A stretch of DNA of 63,834 bases, filler included, from Craspedostauros australis (taxonomy: Eukaryota), in the NCBI GenBank assembly GCA_030167865.1. It is 9 parts of 9 records of this genome, joined end to end, with 100 filler letters (N's around TTAATTAATTAA, not from the genome) between each part and the next. Parts side by side here need not be neighbours in the genome. Positions count along the whole stretch, not along the records: positions 1 to 15,438 come from JALAGF010004434.1; positions 15,539 to 17,486 come from JALAGF010004435.1; positions 17,587 to 40,384 come from JALAGF010004436.1; 6 more parts are not named here. One strand, 5' to 3'. Position numbers and translations under genes: made by a program. Shown piece after piece: positions 13,073-24,701 of the stretch; the first letter of the stretch is position 1, and every line of letters begins with the position of its first letter. Under the pieces are notes generated by a model. It was not told where the DNA came from, ran no database searches, and worked only from the letters and a program-made list of their open reading frames with translations.

Positions 13073-14640
13073 ATGTCCAAAACACAAGACCTGCCAAGTC
13101 ACTCCTCCTGTCCCACAACAGATAGGTTGTTCCATGCAGTCATTGTGGGAGTTGTTCCATTGCTTGAGCAATGTCTGAAAGATGCAGGTGACCCTGATGT
13201 CAACAAACTTGTCGACAGCAGTAGCAGATCCTTGTTCCAGAAAGCATGCTGCTCTGGCATGCTCATTGTCATTCGATTCCTGGTTGAACAATGCGGTGTT
13301 GATGTTGATGCCCTTTCCAAAGATGGGATGAGCGCTCTCCACTTTGCCTGTCAACATGTGTTGGCAAGTTCCGTGGACAGATACCTTGCGATCGTGGAAG
13401 ACAGTATTGTTGTTTGTTGCGATTCTCTCTGCTATTTCATTACGTTGCTACCCTGATCCTCTTTGTGCACTCTGTTGCTCTGCCCGATGCTCTCGGCGCA
13501 TCTCTCCGACTATGAGTCAGTACGCAAGATGCTCTCTCGCTGTTGCTTGTATTCTCTTGTTGATATTGCGTGTTCACACCACGCGATATTCCGTACTTGA
13601 TGCGTACTCCGCATACAGTACATACTACGTCGTTTCGCTCTCTGCTGGCCCACTACTCCGTGAGGAATTGCCAATATCTTGTATCAACTCCTCCTTGTAT
13701 ATCCACAATCTCAATGTCCCTTGGTCATCGAATCTTTGCCTTCTTGATCTGATGTGGAGACAGATGCCAATGTGGTGACACGATGACATCTTGTCGATGT
13801 CAGCTGTTGGCTTTCACAGTCCTTCAGACTCCATGTTCCATCGATGATGTGATGGTCTGGCGAGGATGTCGTCATTTGAGGTTTAGTTGGGAAGTACATC
13901 GAGTTTCACTCGATGCCGTACGTTCCCTTTGGTTGATGGACGAACGATGTTCCTGATGCTCTCAGAAATCGTTGATTGCAGATTTCCTCCAGAAATTCTG
14001 TTCATTTTCATGTGCTCGATTTGTGATGTGATTTTGACACATCACAGTTCACTATTGAAACGAATGTAGTTGTACCGTCCGTACATGTGTATACAAGAAT
14101 AGCAGGTGAACGATGCACATACACGCATGTACATCCCGACAAACGTAACAAGTTGGATATCGTCCAATACCTTGCACGTGACGCTGGCAGCAATCTACTC
14201 CTGCCCTGTCATGATGGCCTCTTGCCCATCCACATCACATGCCGCAACAGATCCACCAAGGTTGCCTTGTACCTTGCATCAAATCATGACTGTGGCGTCA
14301 ACCTCCCTGATACCAACGGCATGAATGCCCTGGTCCATGCGTGTATCTCAGGTAACATCACTATAGTCAACAGTCTGATACAGACCGCATGCATTCATTT
14401 GTCCGCTTGCGATCATCTGGGGCGCTCTGCTCTCCATCCTGCATGTCTGCATGGCAACATAGCCGCTGTGAAGCATCTTGTCCTCGAGCACAGTGCGGAC
14501 ATCACAGCTCTAGGCCACAGCAAGGACTCTCCCCTCAGGTTGGTAAAATGGAGTGGGAAGCTGGACATTGTGCAGTTCTTTGCTGAACATGCTGTGTCTA
14601 TCGCTTCATGTTGGAAGCTGACTATGCTGTCCACTGTCAC
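13073..14640 (+). pseudogene. Ankyrin-repeat gene interrupted by an LTR-like insertion; 3' end approximate
   Basis: Ankyrin repeats on both sides of the insertion (DGMSALHFACQH, then NKLDIVQYL; NGMNALVHACISGN; GRSALHPACLHGNIAAVKHLV) in the same frame. Several consensus residues are degenerate. Confidence 0.8.
13359..14141 (-). mobile_element. Solo-LTR-like insertion (783 bp)
   Basis: Ends TGTTGG...CCGACA (TG..CA with a short imperfect inverted repeat), flanked by AACAT(G)/AACGT as an imperfect 5-bp TSD. Removing it restores the ankyrin repeat. Strand is tentative. Confidence 0.7.
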
Positions 14641-15025
14641 CCACATAGCAGCATCTCCTCCACAGCCATTCCACAAGAATACCCACAATAGGGTGAGAGT
14701 CTTGATCCGCCATGGTCGCTCTTCGTGTTTCGTTGTTGTTTTGTTTTTTCCCGTCTCGTTTTTTGGCGTGTGTGCGACGCAACAAAACAGTCAAAGCGCG
14801 TGTTTTCACGTTGCACAGAGGAAGCGTGTGCAGGTTTATCACGTGACCGGAAGTGTGGGGGTGAAACCTGTCTGTTCTGAAAATTATGACTGTGTGGAGC
14901 GATCATTTGCTCGATGAGGGTCCTACTCGTGGTTTGTGCGGTATCGTCTGTCCATCGACACTCCTTGTTCTGATTCGGCCAGATTCGGGAATTGGCACTA
15001 TATCTGCACAAACCAGTGTCACATC

Positions 15026-15438
15026 TGTCGGAACGTGTGTGTACTCGGATGTGTATGCATCAGTCACACTTGCTTGCCGCTATCTAGACTATTTGGTGGC
15101 GGAATCACGACACAAAACTATGACGTCACAGCGATACCATCGCTGTACCACGAGGACACCGCGATACTACGACGCCAGGACACCGCGATACCAGCGAATA
15201 CCACAGTATCCACCACACCTGACGTCACATCAAGGCCTTACCTACCAGGTCTACAGGAATGCAATATGTTTTAAACACTCCATCAGATTCGATCAATCAT
15301 CAGATTCAACAAAACCCGAGAACGGAACAACGACGAGACAACGAGAGAAAGACAACAACGTTGATGATCAAGTCAACATCAACGAGCAACATGAGAGCAA
15401 TGTGCATGGAGGTGCAAGAGGATTGCACCAAGCAATGA
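15026..15438 (+). mobile_element. Start of a related LTR-like sequence, cut by the contig end
   Basis: TGTCGGAACGTG...GTGTATGCATCAGTCACACTTGCT resembles the reverse complement of the 14141 end of the solo LTR (TGTCGGGATGTA...GTATGTGCATCGTTCACCTGCT). Confidence 0.5.
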
Positions 15439-15538
15439 NNNNNNNNNNNNNNNNNNNNNNNNNNNNNNNNNNNNNNNNNNNNTTAATTAATTAANNNNNN
15501 NNNNNNNNNNNNNNNNNNNNNNNNNNNNNNNNNNNNNN
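15439..15538. other. Artificial contig spacer (44 N + TTAATTAATTAA + 44 N); also at 17487-17586, 40385-40484, 42681-42780, 45915-46014, 49190-49289, 58442-58541, 62680-62779
   Basis: Same 100-bp layout eight times; the 12-mer puts stops in all six frames. Confidence 0.98.
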
Positions 15539-17486
15539 TCAACCAGCCATCACGTTCGAATATGGAGACTATGAAACATCCAACTCCGTTGGTATCAGAT
15601 CCCAACATGTGGTGGAATGCAACGATGAAATTCAAGACAACGATTAGCGCACGCTAAATCTCTAACAATAGCGACACCCGTCGACCAATCAGAAATCTCC
15701 ACTTTTCTTACCTTTTCCGTTCCGAANNNNNNNNNNNNNNNNNNNNNNNNNNNNNNNNNNNNNNNNNNNNNNNNNNNNNNNNNNNNNNNNNNNNNNNNNN
15801 NNNNNNNNNNNNNNNNNNNNNNNNNNNNNNNNNNNNNNNNNNNNNNNNNNNNNNNNNNNNNNNNNNNNNNNNNNNNNNNNNNNNNNGACACGTGCGAATC
15901 TTGCCATGACCTTCTCAAGTGAATACGATCAATCGTGTGATCGTACTACTAGCAACATCGTGAGAAGACGTAATCCACAACACGGGCTATCGCGGTGTTT
16001 TGGTTCATTGACTTTTGCAAATCCTCTTCACGCAGTAACACGCACATTTGTCGTGTTGTCTTCGTGTTAATTTTACTTGCAATTACATGAGATCATGTCA
16101 TGCCTCTCTCATGCTCACAGTTCTCAAGAAGACAATCTTGTGAGCTTGACAGCATTCCTACTACCATACGAATAATACAGTAAACAAACACTCTCCTCAC
16201 CAACAACAACGACTTGATCACTCTACGTTCTCGGTGCGGTATCCTTCACACCCATCTACGATTACGTTTTAACAGATTAACAGTCGCAAGCTTTCACCTA
16301 CTGATTTGATTGCGTGACAATCCATCCATCCTTCATCCCTCGTCCATCCACGAGCGATCCCTTCACCTTCCATCACGTGACGACGTGATNNNNNNNNNNN
16401 NNNNNNNNNNNNNNNNNNNNNNNNNNNNNNNNNNNNNNNNNNNNNNNNNNNNNNNNNNNNNNNNNNNNNNNNNNNNNNNNNNNNNNNNNNNNNNNNTCCC
16501 GCACCAGAAGACGATTCAGTCAGTGCACTCCAGCCTCAGCTATCCTTCAGCCTCCAGCATCCGCATCCACTCTCTCCATCCATCCATCGCCAATCATGTT
16601 GACTCCTGAGATGGACCTCGCCACCTTGGATCACATCCTCGGTGTCATCGGCATCCCTTCGGACTCCACTCCTCGCGACATCATCGCCCATGCGGACATC
16701 GTCAGCCCTCTTGACCTTGTCTCGCTCACCAAAGATGATCTTCGCAGCTTCCAACTTCGCGATGAGATCGATGATGGCGAAACCATCGTCGCCGTACTCG
16801 GAGTGAACCACATCCGCAAGATCCTCAACCTTGGCAAGTGGTATCTCACCCAAGCCATCCTCGACAACAACACCTGGAACGATCTCGATCGTACCTTGTT
16901 CATGGCGTTCACAGCTGAGCAGAGCAACCCTTCCCTTCCGTCTTTGCACTCGCATTCGACTGCAAGCTCTCCCATTCCGTCTCTGATGGGCATGGGCCAC
17001 CACACCACTCCGGCATCCACATTCCGTCCTGTGGCTGAAGAACCTCCGCATGTGAACTTCGCATTCGATCCTTCGGCTTCAGTGCCTGATCCTGCCTTCC
17101 CGCAACCACCTGTGACTCCATCCATGGCACCCTCTTCCAACTTCCAAGGTGTCCANNNNNNNNNNNNNNNNNNNNNNNNNNNNNNNNNNNNNNNNNNNNN
17201 NNNNNNNNNNNNNNNNNNNNNNNNNNNNNNNNNNNNNNNNNNNNNNNNNNNNNNNNNNNNNNNNNNNNNNNNNNNNNNNNNNNNNNNNNNNNNNNNNNNN
17301 NNNNNNNNNNNNNNNATGGATTTCATGCCGGCACCCAAGGACGAGGCCTTCTTCGCGAGCCAGAATCGCTACCTCTTCGCCGTGCTCACTGAGCATGTCA
17401 AAACTTCCAAGAGTCGGCGCATCATCCGTGCCTACAAGAAGTCTTGCGATGGCCGTGCGGCCTACGCCGATCTCGTCGATAGCTAC
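15539..17486 (+). mobile_element. 5' part of a diatom Copia (CoDi-like) retrotransposon: putative LTR/leader and Gag ORF from 16596
   Basis: Gag-like text LDHILGVIGI...DIVSPLDLVSL and FASQNRYLFAVLTEHVKTSKSRRIIRAYKKSCDGRAAYADLVDSY resembles diatom Copia Gag as I recall it. Short gapped contig typical of repeats. Confidence 0.7.
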
Positions 17487-18053
17487 NNNNNNNNNNNNNN
17501 NNNNNNNNNNNNNNNNNNNNNNNNNNNNNNTTAATTAATTAANNNNNNNNNNNNNNNNNNNNNNNNNNNNNNNNNNNNNNNNNNNNGTGTTGTGTTGTGC
17601 ATCATGAGTGTGTGCACAAGATTTTGTCGTGTTTCGATCCATTTTCGTCACTTTCGACCGTTTCACTCCAAATTGTTGTTGCTTTGTATTGGAGCGAAAC
17701 CAGTCACGAGGACTCGAATGAGTCACGATCAGCAGTAAACAACAACAACCACAGAAGACTCAACGCAAAAAAAGAGAAACCAAAACACAGAAGACACAAT
17801 CCATCAAACAACACATTGGATACGAACTCATACCCAACTACCGCCACCGTTTCAATACAGACATCGAATTGCCACTCACATTCATCACACAGTGCATGGT
17901 ACTCATATTATACCAATACAAGCTATTGAAGACATACCATCGATATCTCTGCCACAGATAGCTCAGACTGCACACTTCCTTGACAGCCAATCCAACGCCA
18001 ATCGTTCAACGCCAAAAGACAATCGTCCAGCAACCATCGACCATCCTCTCAAA

Positions 18054-19547
18054 ATGGAGAATGTTACGAGCGAAGCACTCATTGATGCTGCCCGTGCAGG
18101 TGACTTGTCAGTGTTTAAGGAATGGAAGAAGCAGAACGAGACACGGAATGAAAGAGTTAATGTCAACCAGGTTAAAGACTGGCTTGGTCAGATTCCCCTT
18201 CATTTGGCATGCCGCAAAGGCCACCTGGAGTGTGTGAAGTACCTCATCGAATCATGTGGGGCCAATGCCGACTGCAAACACAACAATGGTGACACTCCCC
18301 TTCATTGGGCATGCTACAACGGCCACCTGGAGTGTGTGAAGTACCTCATCAAATCAGGTGAGGCGAACATCAACTGCCAAGACAGAAATGGTTGGACTCC
18401 CCTTCATTACGCATGCTGCAACGACCAGCCGGAGTGTGTCAAGTACCTCATTGAATCATGTGAGGCGGACATCAACTGCCAAAACAACCAAGGTGAAACT
18501 CCCCTTCATTGGGCATGCCGCAACAGCCACCCGGAATGTATGGAGTCCCTCATTAGAGGACTTTCGCCTTCAGCTCACCCACAACTGCACCAACTGCAGC
18601 AACGCTTACAACAAAACGAGCAAGAAACTGAACACAAACACAGTACCCACAAGAGGACCAACATCAGCATTGGAGAAGACCGACTCAAATCCTTCTAAAC
18701 CGACAACAGGGCAGACACCATCTTCTTGTGTGGACAGGGCAACTAACAACAACTAACCAAGGCAAACGCCCAAGCCCTCATCATCACACTCCCATCCATT
18801 GAGACACTGATCGACAAAGGAACTCAACTTCACCGCGCGAATGATGACGCTCACGATGGAACTGAACCCATCCAAACAACCATCCCTCTTCCCAATCTTC
18901 AACCAAAACACATCCGATACGTCCTCCAATGCATCTACACAGCCAAGATATCCTTCAATGACAGCGTTCGTGACAACGCTGCTGCTCACGTCAGCGCTCA
19001 CATCGGCGCTCACACCAGCGCTCACCACGATACAGATGCCTCTCACCAGCCAACTCCCACCCTCAATGGACAGGACGATCGGCAACAGCTGATCCTTGTG
19101 GCCGACGAGTTCGGCTTCTGGCGACTCAAGCTTGTTCTTGAAGCAGAGTTGGTCCGCAAGCATCTCACAGAGGACACCATGATAGATGTGTTGATATTCC
19201 CCGATCAACACAACTGCTTGGTGTTGAAGGATGCAGCAATGAGAATGGCAGCTGAAAGTGAGAAGGATACGTTCACTCATCCAGATTTAAGCAAACTGAT
19301 TCTACATCCCCAACTGATGAAAGACATTGATGTCCTCCGTGGTGGGAGAACGGAGAGTGATGGTATTGATGATGAGTATGGTGGCATGTTCATGGTGGAG
19401 CTGCACAAGGTTATAGATGAGGATGAGGGTGCAACACAAGTGGATTCATACATGGATCGGGCAACATTGGTGGACTTCGTCCGCTCTATGACTACCAAAT
19501 CATCCAAAATGATTGAGACGGACGGCGCTGCTGGAGAAGAGGAGTGA
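18054..19547 (+). pseudogene. Ankyrin-repeat + BTB/POZ(-BACK-like) gene with two in-frame TAA stops (18696-18698, 18744-18746)
   Basis: Four 34-aa ankyrin repeats (TPLHWACYNGHLECVKYLI). The same frame continues through the stops into ADTIFLCG...IRYVLQCIYT...LILVADEFGFWRLKLVLEAELV...HNCLVLKDAAM, a BTB-type pattern. Confidence 0.8.
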
Positions 19548-19940
19548 AGTGCCACACCATTTCATACCATGCCAAACCAAATCATACCATAACAGAAGTC
19601 TTCGAGAAGTGAACGCCTGGCGAAATTGAGTTGATGGACATCTTTCACATCTGATTCTTCGCCGGCACCTCGTCGTGTTCGAGTGTTCTTAGGATTAATC
19701 ATACCCAAGGAAGATGGATAGATGTAGTCGTGCTCTGTGTATGGTATGTAAGTGTTTGTACTATTATACGTATGAGTGGTGAACATGATGGTGGAGCACG
19801 CAAATGCACTCCTTCCTCCCAGAATTGACAGATTTGTTCTCCCACTCTCCTTCCTCACCTCACGCCTATTCTTGCGGAGTGCTCGGGTTCTTCTCTTGTC
19901 TCATCAACTGCTTCTCCTCCTCCTCCTCCTTTCTCTCTCT

Positions 19941-22900
19941 CTAGAAACCTTCTGACAGGAAATTGTATGGATTTTCGTACAGACGAATATTCTCGTCTCT
20001 CGTCCTGTACTTGTAGCACCATGTGCGTTCTGCTGGGAACTTGGACGGCCAGTCCTGGCATTCGCAGAATTCCTTGCGGTGCAGCTCCTGGTAGTATTGG
20101 AGAGGACGCGCCAGCCACACAGCTTCGGGGCGATCCTCACGAGGAGCACCGGCTGTGTCTGATTGACAATGCTCGTTGATGCGCCAGGCCATCAACCGCT
20201 CCAGCTCCCTCATCTGATGTGGGGCGACTCGGATGGGATCCTTCATCACGCGCCAATGGACCTTCTCGTAGCACGGTGGCACAGTCTGGGTGCCTTCGTA
20301 CCGGAAGTAGTACTCGGTGCCGACCTTGATCATCCACTCGTACGGCCACCACTGGACGAGGCTGTAGTTCTCGTCGATGCCTTCACCATTGAAGGCAAGA
20401 TTACGCTGAAACTTGTGGAAGATCTCCTCGAAGTACGCCTCGTCATCGAAGTCCTTCGGTATGTCGTTCTCGGAACGCACAATGTAGTCGCCGTGTGACG
20501 TCTCAACGACGACATCGTCGGGACCCAAAGGCCGATCCTCCTGTCTGTAGTACTCCCGAGCTTCATCCTTCGAAAGCTGCCTGGGTCCATGCTCAGGTAG
20601 CTGTGCCATCATGTACGCCTCGTTGATGGTGCTCCGTTGGCGTTCGTGCTCCTCGTAGAGCCGGCGGTTCCTGCCACTACCGGTGTTCGAATCTTTATCG
20701 AGAACGCAGTAGTCCATCATGGTGTTGTCTTCTTCACCACCGCTGCAGCCAGGAACTGGCTCGAAGGGCACCCTGCGCTGATGGCACTTCAGGCCAGGCG
20801 CGCAGTCGGTATCCGTGTCGCAATCTCCGACGCACAGCAAGAGTGGCCGGGAGGTTGGTGGTGGGTTCCATCCCAATGAGATGACTGCCGGCAACGCCAC
20901 GGGGACTGAGGTGGGGTTGGTCGTTGGTGAGGTCGTTGGTGTGCTGGTTGGTGCGCTGGTTGGTTGCGCGGTGGGTTCGGCAGGTCCAGCGGTTGGCACG
21001 GGAACTGGAATGGAGGTGAGGGAGTTGCTTTGTGGTGGCTGGGAAACGATCGTGCGATCCGTATCCACGATGCAATAGTCGGCGAGCAGCTTGTCTTCTT
21101 CTCCACCAGCGCAACCTGGCACCGGGACGAACCCCGTGTTGCGCTGGAAGCAAACCAAGCCCTCCTCGCAGTCGCTGTCCAGATCACAGTCTCCCTGACA
21201 TTCGGTGAGAGTGACTTTGGGGCTCCACCCGATCCACTCCACCCCCAGCGTTTCGGACTGGGTTGGGTTTGATGTCGGTGCACTGGTTGGGGCAGCGCTG
21301 GTTCGAGTTGGTGGTTCCGTCGGATCTTCTGTCGGTGTGTCTGTCGGCACGTCCGTTGGCGACGTGCTTGGAGAGGTGGATGGAACACCACTTGAACTTG
21401 ATGATGGTCCATCCGTAGGCGAAAACGTCGGCGTTGCGGTTGGTTGGCTGGTGGGTGAACTCGTCGGACCAGCGGTTGGTGATTTTGTTGGTGCATCTGT
21501 GGGGAACGCAGTTGGTACCGTTGTTGGTGGGCTCGTCGGACCAGCGGTTGGCGATTTCGTTGGTGCATCTGTGGGTGATGCGGTGGGCAACGCAGTTGGT
21601 ACCGTTGTTGGTGGACTCGATGGGCTTGTGGTGGGCTGTTCGGTTGCCGTTTTGGTTGGCGCCCCGGTCGGAGGGATGGGGTCGATGATGACGAGGTCCG
21701 GATCACGCACGCAGTAGTCGATGAGCGACGGGTCGCTGTCGCCACCAATGCATCCAGGAACATCTGTATATGGTTGATTGCGCTGAAAGCAAATCAAGTC
21801 ATCGTCGCAATCTCCATCATTATCGCAATCACCTTGGCAAGGATTCAATATTTCGGCGGGATTCCACCCGAGCACTTCGAGGGGCTTGGGCTCATAGAGG
21901 TCGTCGTTTCGGTCGTTGCTTGTTGGTGCTTCCGAAGTGTCCGCGGTCGGTTCGCCAGTTGGCCCATTCGTGGGATCATTTGTGGGATCGCTTGTGGGTT
22001 GCGAAGTTGGTTCGCCTGTTGGCTCGCCAGTTGGCCCATTCGTGGGATCGCTTGTGGGCTGCGAAGTTGGTTCGCCTGTTGGCTCGCCAGTTGGCCCATT
22101 CGTGGGATCGCTTGTGGGCTGCGAAGTTGGTTCGCCTCGTGGTGATGATGTTGGAGAGGCAGTCGGTTGCGACGTAGGCGGGTCGGTGGGAAGGGCTGGG
22201 AACGTACAGAAATCGACCACGTTGTTCTCATTCTCGCCATTCAGGCAACCTGGGACGGGGGTCCTCAGGTACAGCCGTTGAAAGCAGATCATTTCGCCTT
22301 TGCAATCCGCGTCGGTATCGCAATCTCCCTGGCATTCATCGAGCGGCGTCTGCGGTGACCACCCAAGATTGGCGACACTCTTCATGCTATCGGAGCGTGG
22401 GAATACCGAGGGTTCTGCAGACGGCAGCACTGTGGCGGTCGGCAAAACGGACGGAAATGCCGTCGAGATCGATGATGGAATGGTCGATGGGAATGCACTC
22501 GGGGAACTAGATGGTTGTGTGGAGTTGCCGATCGTTGGCCAAACGGTTGGCGTTGCACTCGGATTGATGGATGGGCTGTCGCTGTCATTGCTCGTCGGCG
22601 TTGCCGATGGGACGACGGACGGCTTCATCGATGGTGGATTGGTTGGTCCGATCGTGTACCCACTCCCTTTCGGATCCAGAATGCAGTAGTCGCTTTTGGT
22701 ATCATCCACCTCCCCACCGATGCATCCGGGCACGGCTTCGAATTCATCACGTTGGAAGCAGGTGAGGCCCTCAGCGCACTGGACATCGTTGTCGCAATCG
22801 CCTTCGCAGAAGTGCAAGGGAATGACATCCGATGGCGGTGTCCCACCGTAGTCCACGAGCTGTTTCGGTCTGAGTGGTCCAAAGGTCGGCTGAGATGTCA

Positions 22901-24701
22901 CTGTGGGGCTTCCTGTTGGCGGATCGGTCGGCTGGATCCAAGGCTCGTCAGCGTAGGGGTCGAAGATGCAGAAGTCGCTCTTTTTGTCGTACGTCTCACC
23001 GCCGATGCATCCAGGAATTCCCTCGTAGGCGTCGCGGCGGTGGCACATGAGGCCGTTTTCGCAGTCGCTGTTGAAATCGCAGTCCCCCTGACACAACGAC
23101 AGAGGGAGTTTGTCGTCGTCGGGATCACCGCCGAAGTCTTCGATCGGGACGGGATCGGGGGGATCCAACGGGGCCAGCGTGGGGACGTCGAATTCGGAAG
23201 AGTCACCGTTTTCATCTTCGTACAGGTCATCCACTGTGCGTTCTTGACCGCGGTACAGCTCGCAAAACTTGTACACAGGGGCCGGCGGCAATCCGCATTC
23301 TGCTCTCTGCTTCTCCTCCTCTGCCCGGAACTTGCAAATGAGCTTGTCAAGGTATGGCCATGGTGGCTGGTTCTCGTAATCCTGCATGAAGATGGAGATG
23401 TGCCCCATCTTGTTGTTGCTGTTTCTGACGGAATAAAAATGCGCCAGCGTGACTTCCGCGGCGTACCTCTTGCCTTCTTGGGTGTGTTCGCTGGGAACTC
23501 TGATATCGGTCCGTGACAGGAGGAAGAACTTGGGAAATCCCTTGCTATAATCCATCTTGGGATACTTTCTCTCTCCGCTCGGGTTGGCGCAGTTGATGTC
23601 GCCATTGGATAAGGTTGGTGTGTGAATTTGTAGTGCGTGCCTCGATATCTCGAATGAATCTTTCATGTCCTCCCAGTCGCAGGATCCATCCAGATATGAA
23701 ATCCTGTTGTGATTCAGCATGGTATTGCAAGTAGAGTGCATTTGGATAGTGCCATACGTTGAAAGACAGGAGTGGCGGTGATAGTAAGCGAGAGCGTCCG
23801 AAAACAGAGCCAAGAAGTTGTGAGGTTGAGCGATTGCAAGTGTGAGAAACCACACGTTAGTGGTTGTTTCCCTCATGGATCATCACTGTTGCGTAGGAAC
23901 AATTCCAAACGCATGACATGGCATGGCATGAGTTGCATTGTGCGACATCATCATCATCATCATCATCATCACGAACGGGTGTCATACTGCTTGGACGGAG
24001 AGCAGACAATGGGGAACGCACCAATGCCAGTCGCGGCACTCCTTCTCATCGGGATGACCTGCGATGGCGCGGTTGCGATTCAAGTCGATGGGAGATTGAC
24101 GATGTTGTTTGCAGTCTTCACTCCTATCTTCGGGACACCATCGGCATCGATTTCCGGGGAAGCTCCAGCCCTTTGCGTGCTCGAAATAATTCGGCCAGCC
24201 GGGCTGCACGTTTGTTGGGATGAGGAGTGTTTGAGGCATCGGTCGTGTCCGTGCATTGCGAAGCGGTCGAAAAGACGAGATGCGGCAAAATAAAGGAGAT
24301 CAAAATAGAGTGGAGTAGATTCGAAGACGTGTGAGTTTGGAGAAGGGTGATGGAATCAGGAGATGGTGGCGGAGTTCGTGATGGTCACACACGCGTCCCA
24401 TATGACGTTGTTGATTGCCTGTTCGAGAATGTGGCACTCTTGAGAGAGAAAGAGAGAGAGAGAGGCCGAGAGACCACGCCATTTGTATTCACAGCCAAGA
24501 TCACACCGTGGTATTCTTCAGCATGTTCGTGTCACGTACGCAGGTTCCAACGCCGCTGTTACAGCTGACTTCGTCCCAGTCTTCGGGTCCGAAATCATTC
24601 CCTGTCGTTGCCAAGTAATTGAATTGGTCTTCTGCTGCGTACACGGCGCTATGCGGTGCCCACAGGAGCGCAGCGAATGCGCTTCCAATCAAGATTCTCA
24701 T
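19941..24701 (-). CDS. Secreted alpha-carbonic-anhydrase-fold protein (likely acatalytic) split by six frustulin ACR domains, 1368 aa; exons 24701-24540, 24203-24022, 23703-19941
   Basis: Signal peptide MRILIGSAFAALLWAPHSAVYA. CA motifs GPEDW, QSPIDL, PSEHTQEGKRYAAEVTLAH, YFRYEGTQTVPPCYEKVHWRVMKDPI and RPLQ. Six C(Q/E/V)GDCD..C..C.(Q/R)R..PGC..D(F/Y)C domains. Two GT-AG introns keep the frame. Confidence 0.9.
21946..22137 (-). repeat. Coding 60-bp tandem repeat, about 3 copies (PTSQPTSDPTNGPTGEPTGE)
   Basis: Sequence at 22021 and 22081 is nearly identical at a 60-nt offset; the third copy has a 12-nt addition. Confidence 0.9.

Noticed and set aside
15483..15494. TTAATTAATTAA repeated eight times as a possible biological motif
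   Set aside because: Always centred in 44+44 N; it is an artificial contig linker.
18696..18746. TAA reassigned as a sense codon (alternative genetic code)
   Set aside because: hemL and the phosphatase end normally at TAA, and intact genes have no internal TAA.
20789..23605. Long alternative-frame and antisense ORFs over the CA-frustulin gene, and likewise over hemL, LUC7 and USP
   Set aside because: Expected shadows of codon bias and repetitive coding sequence.
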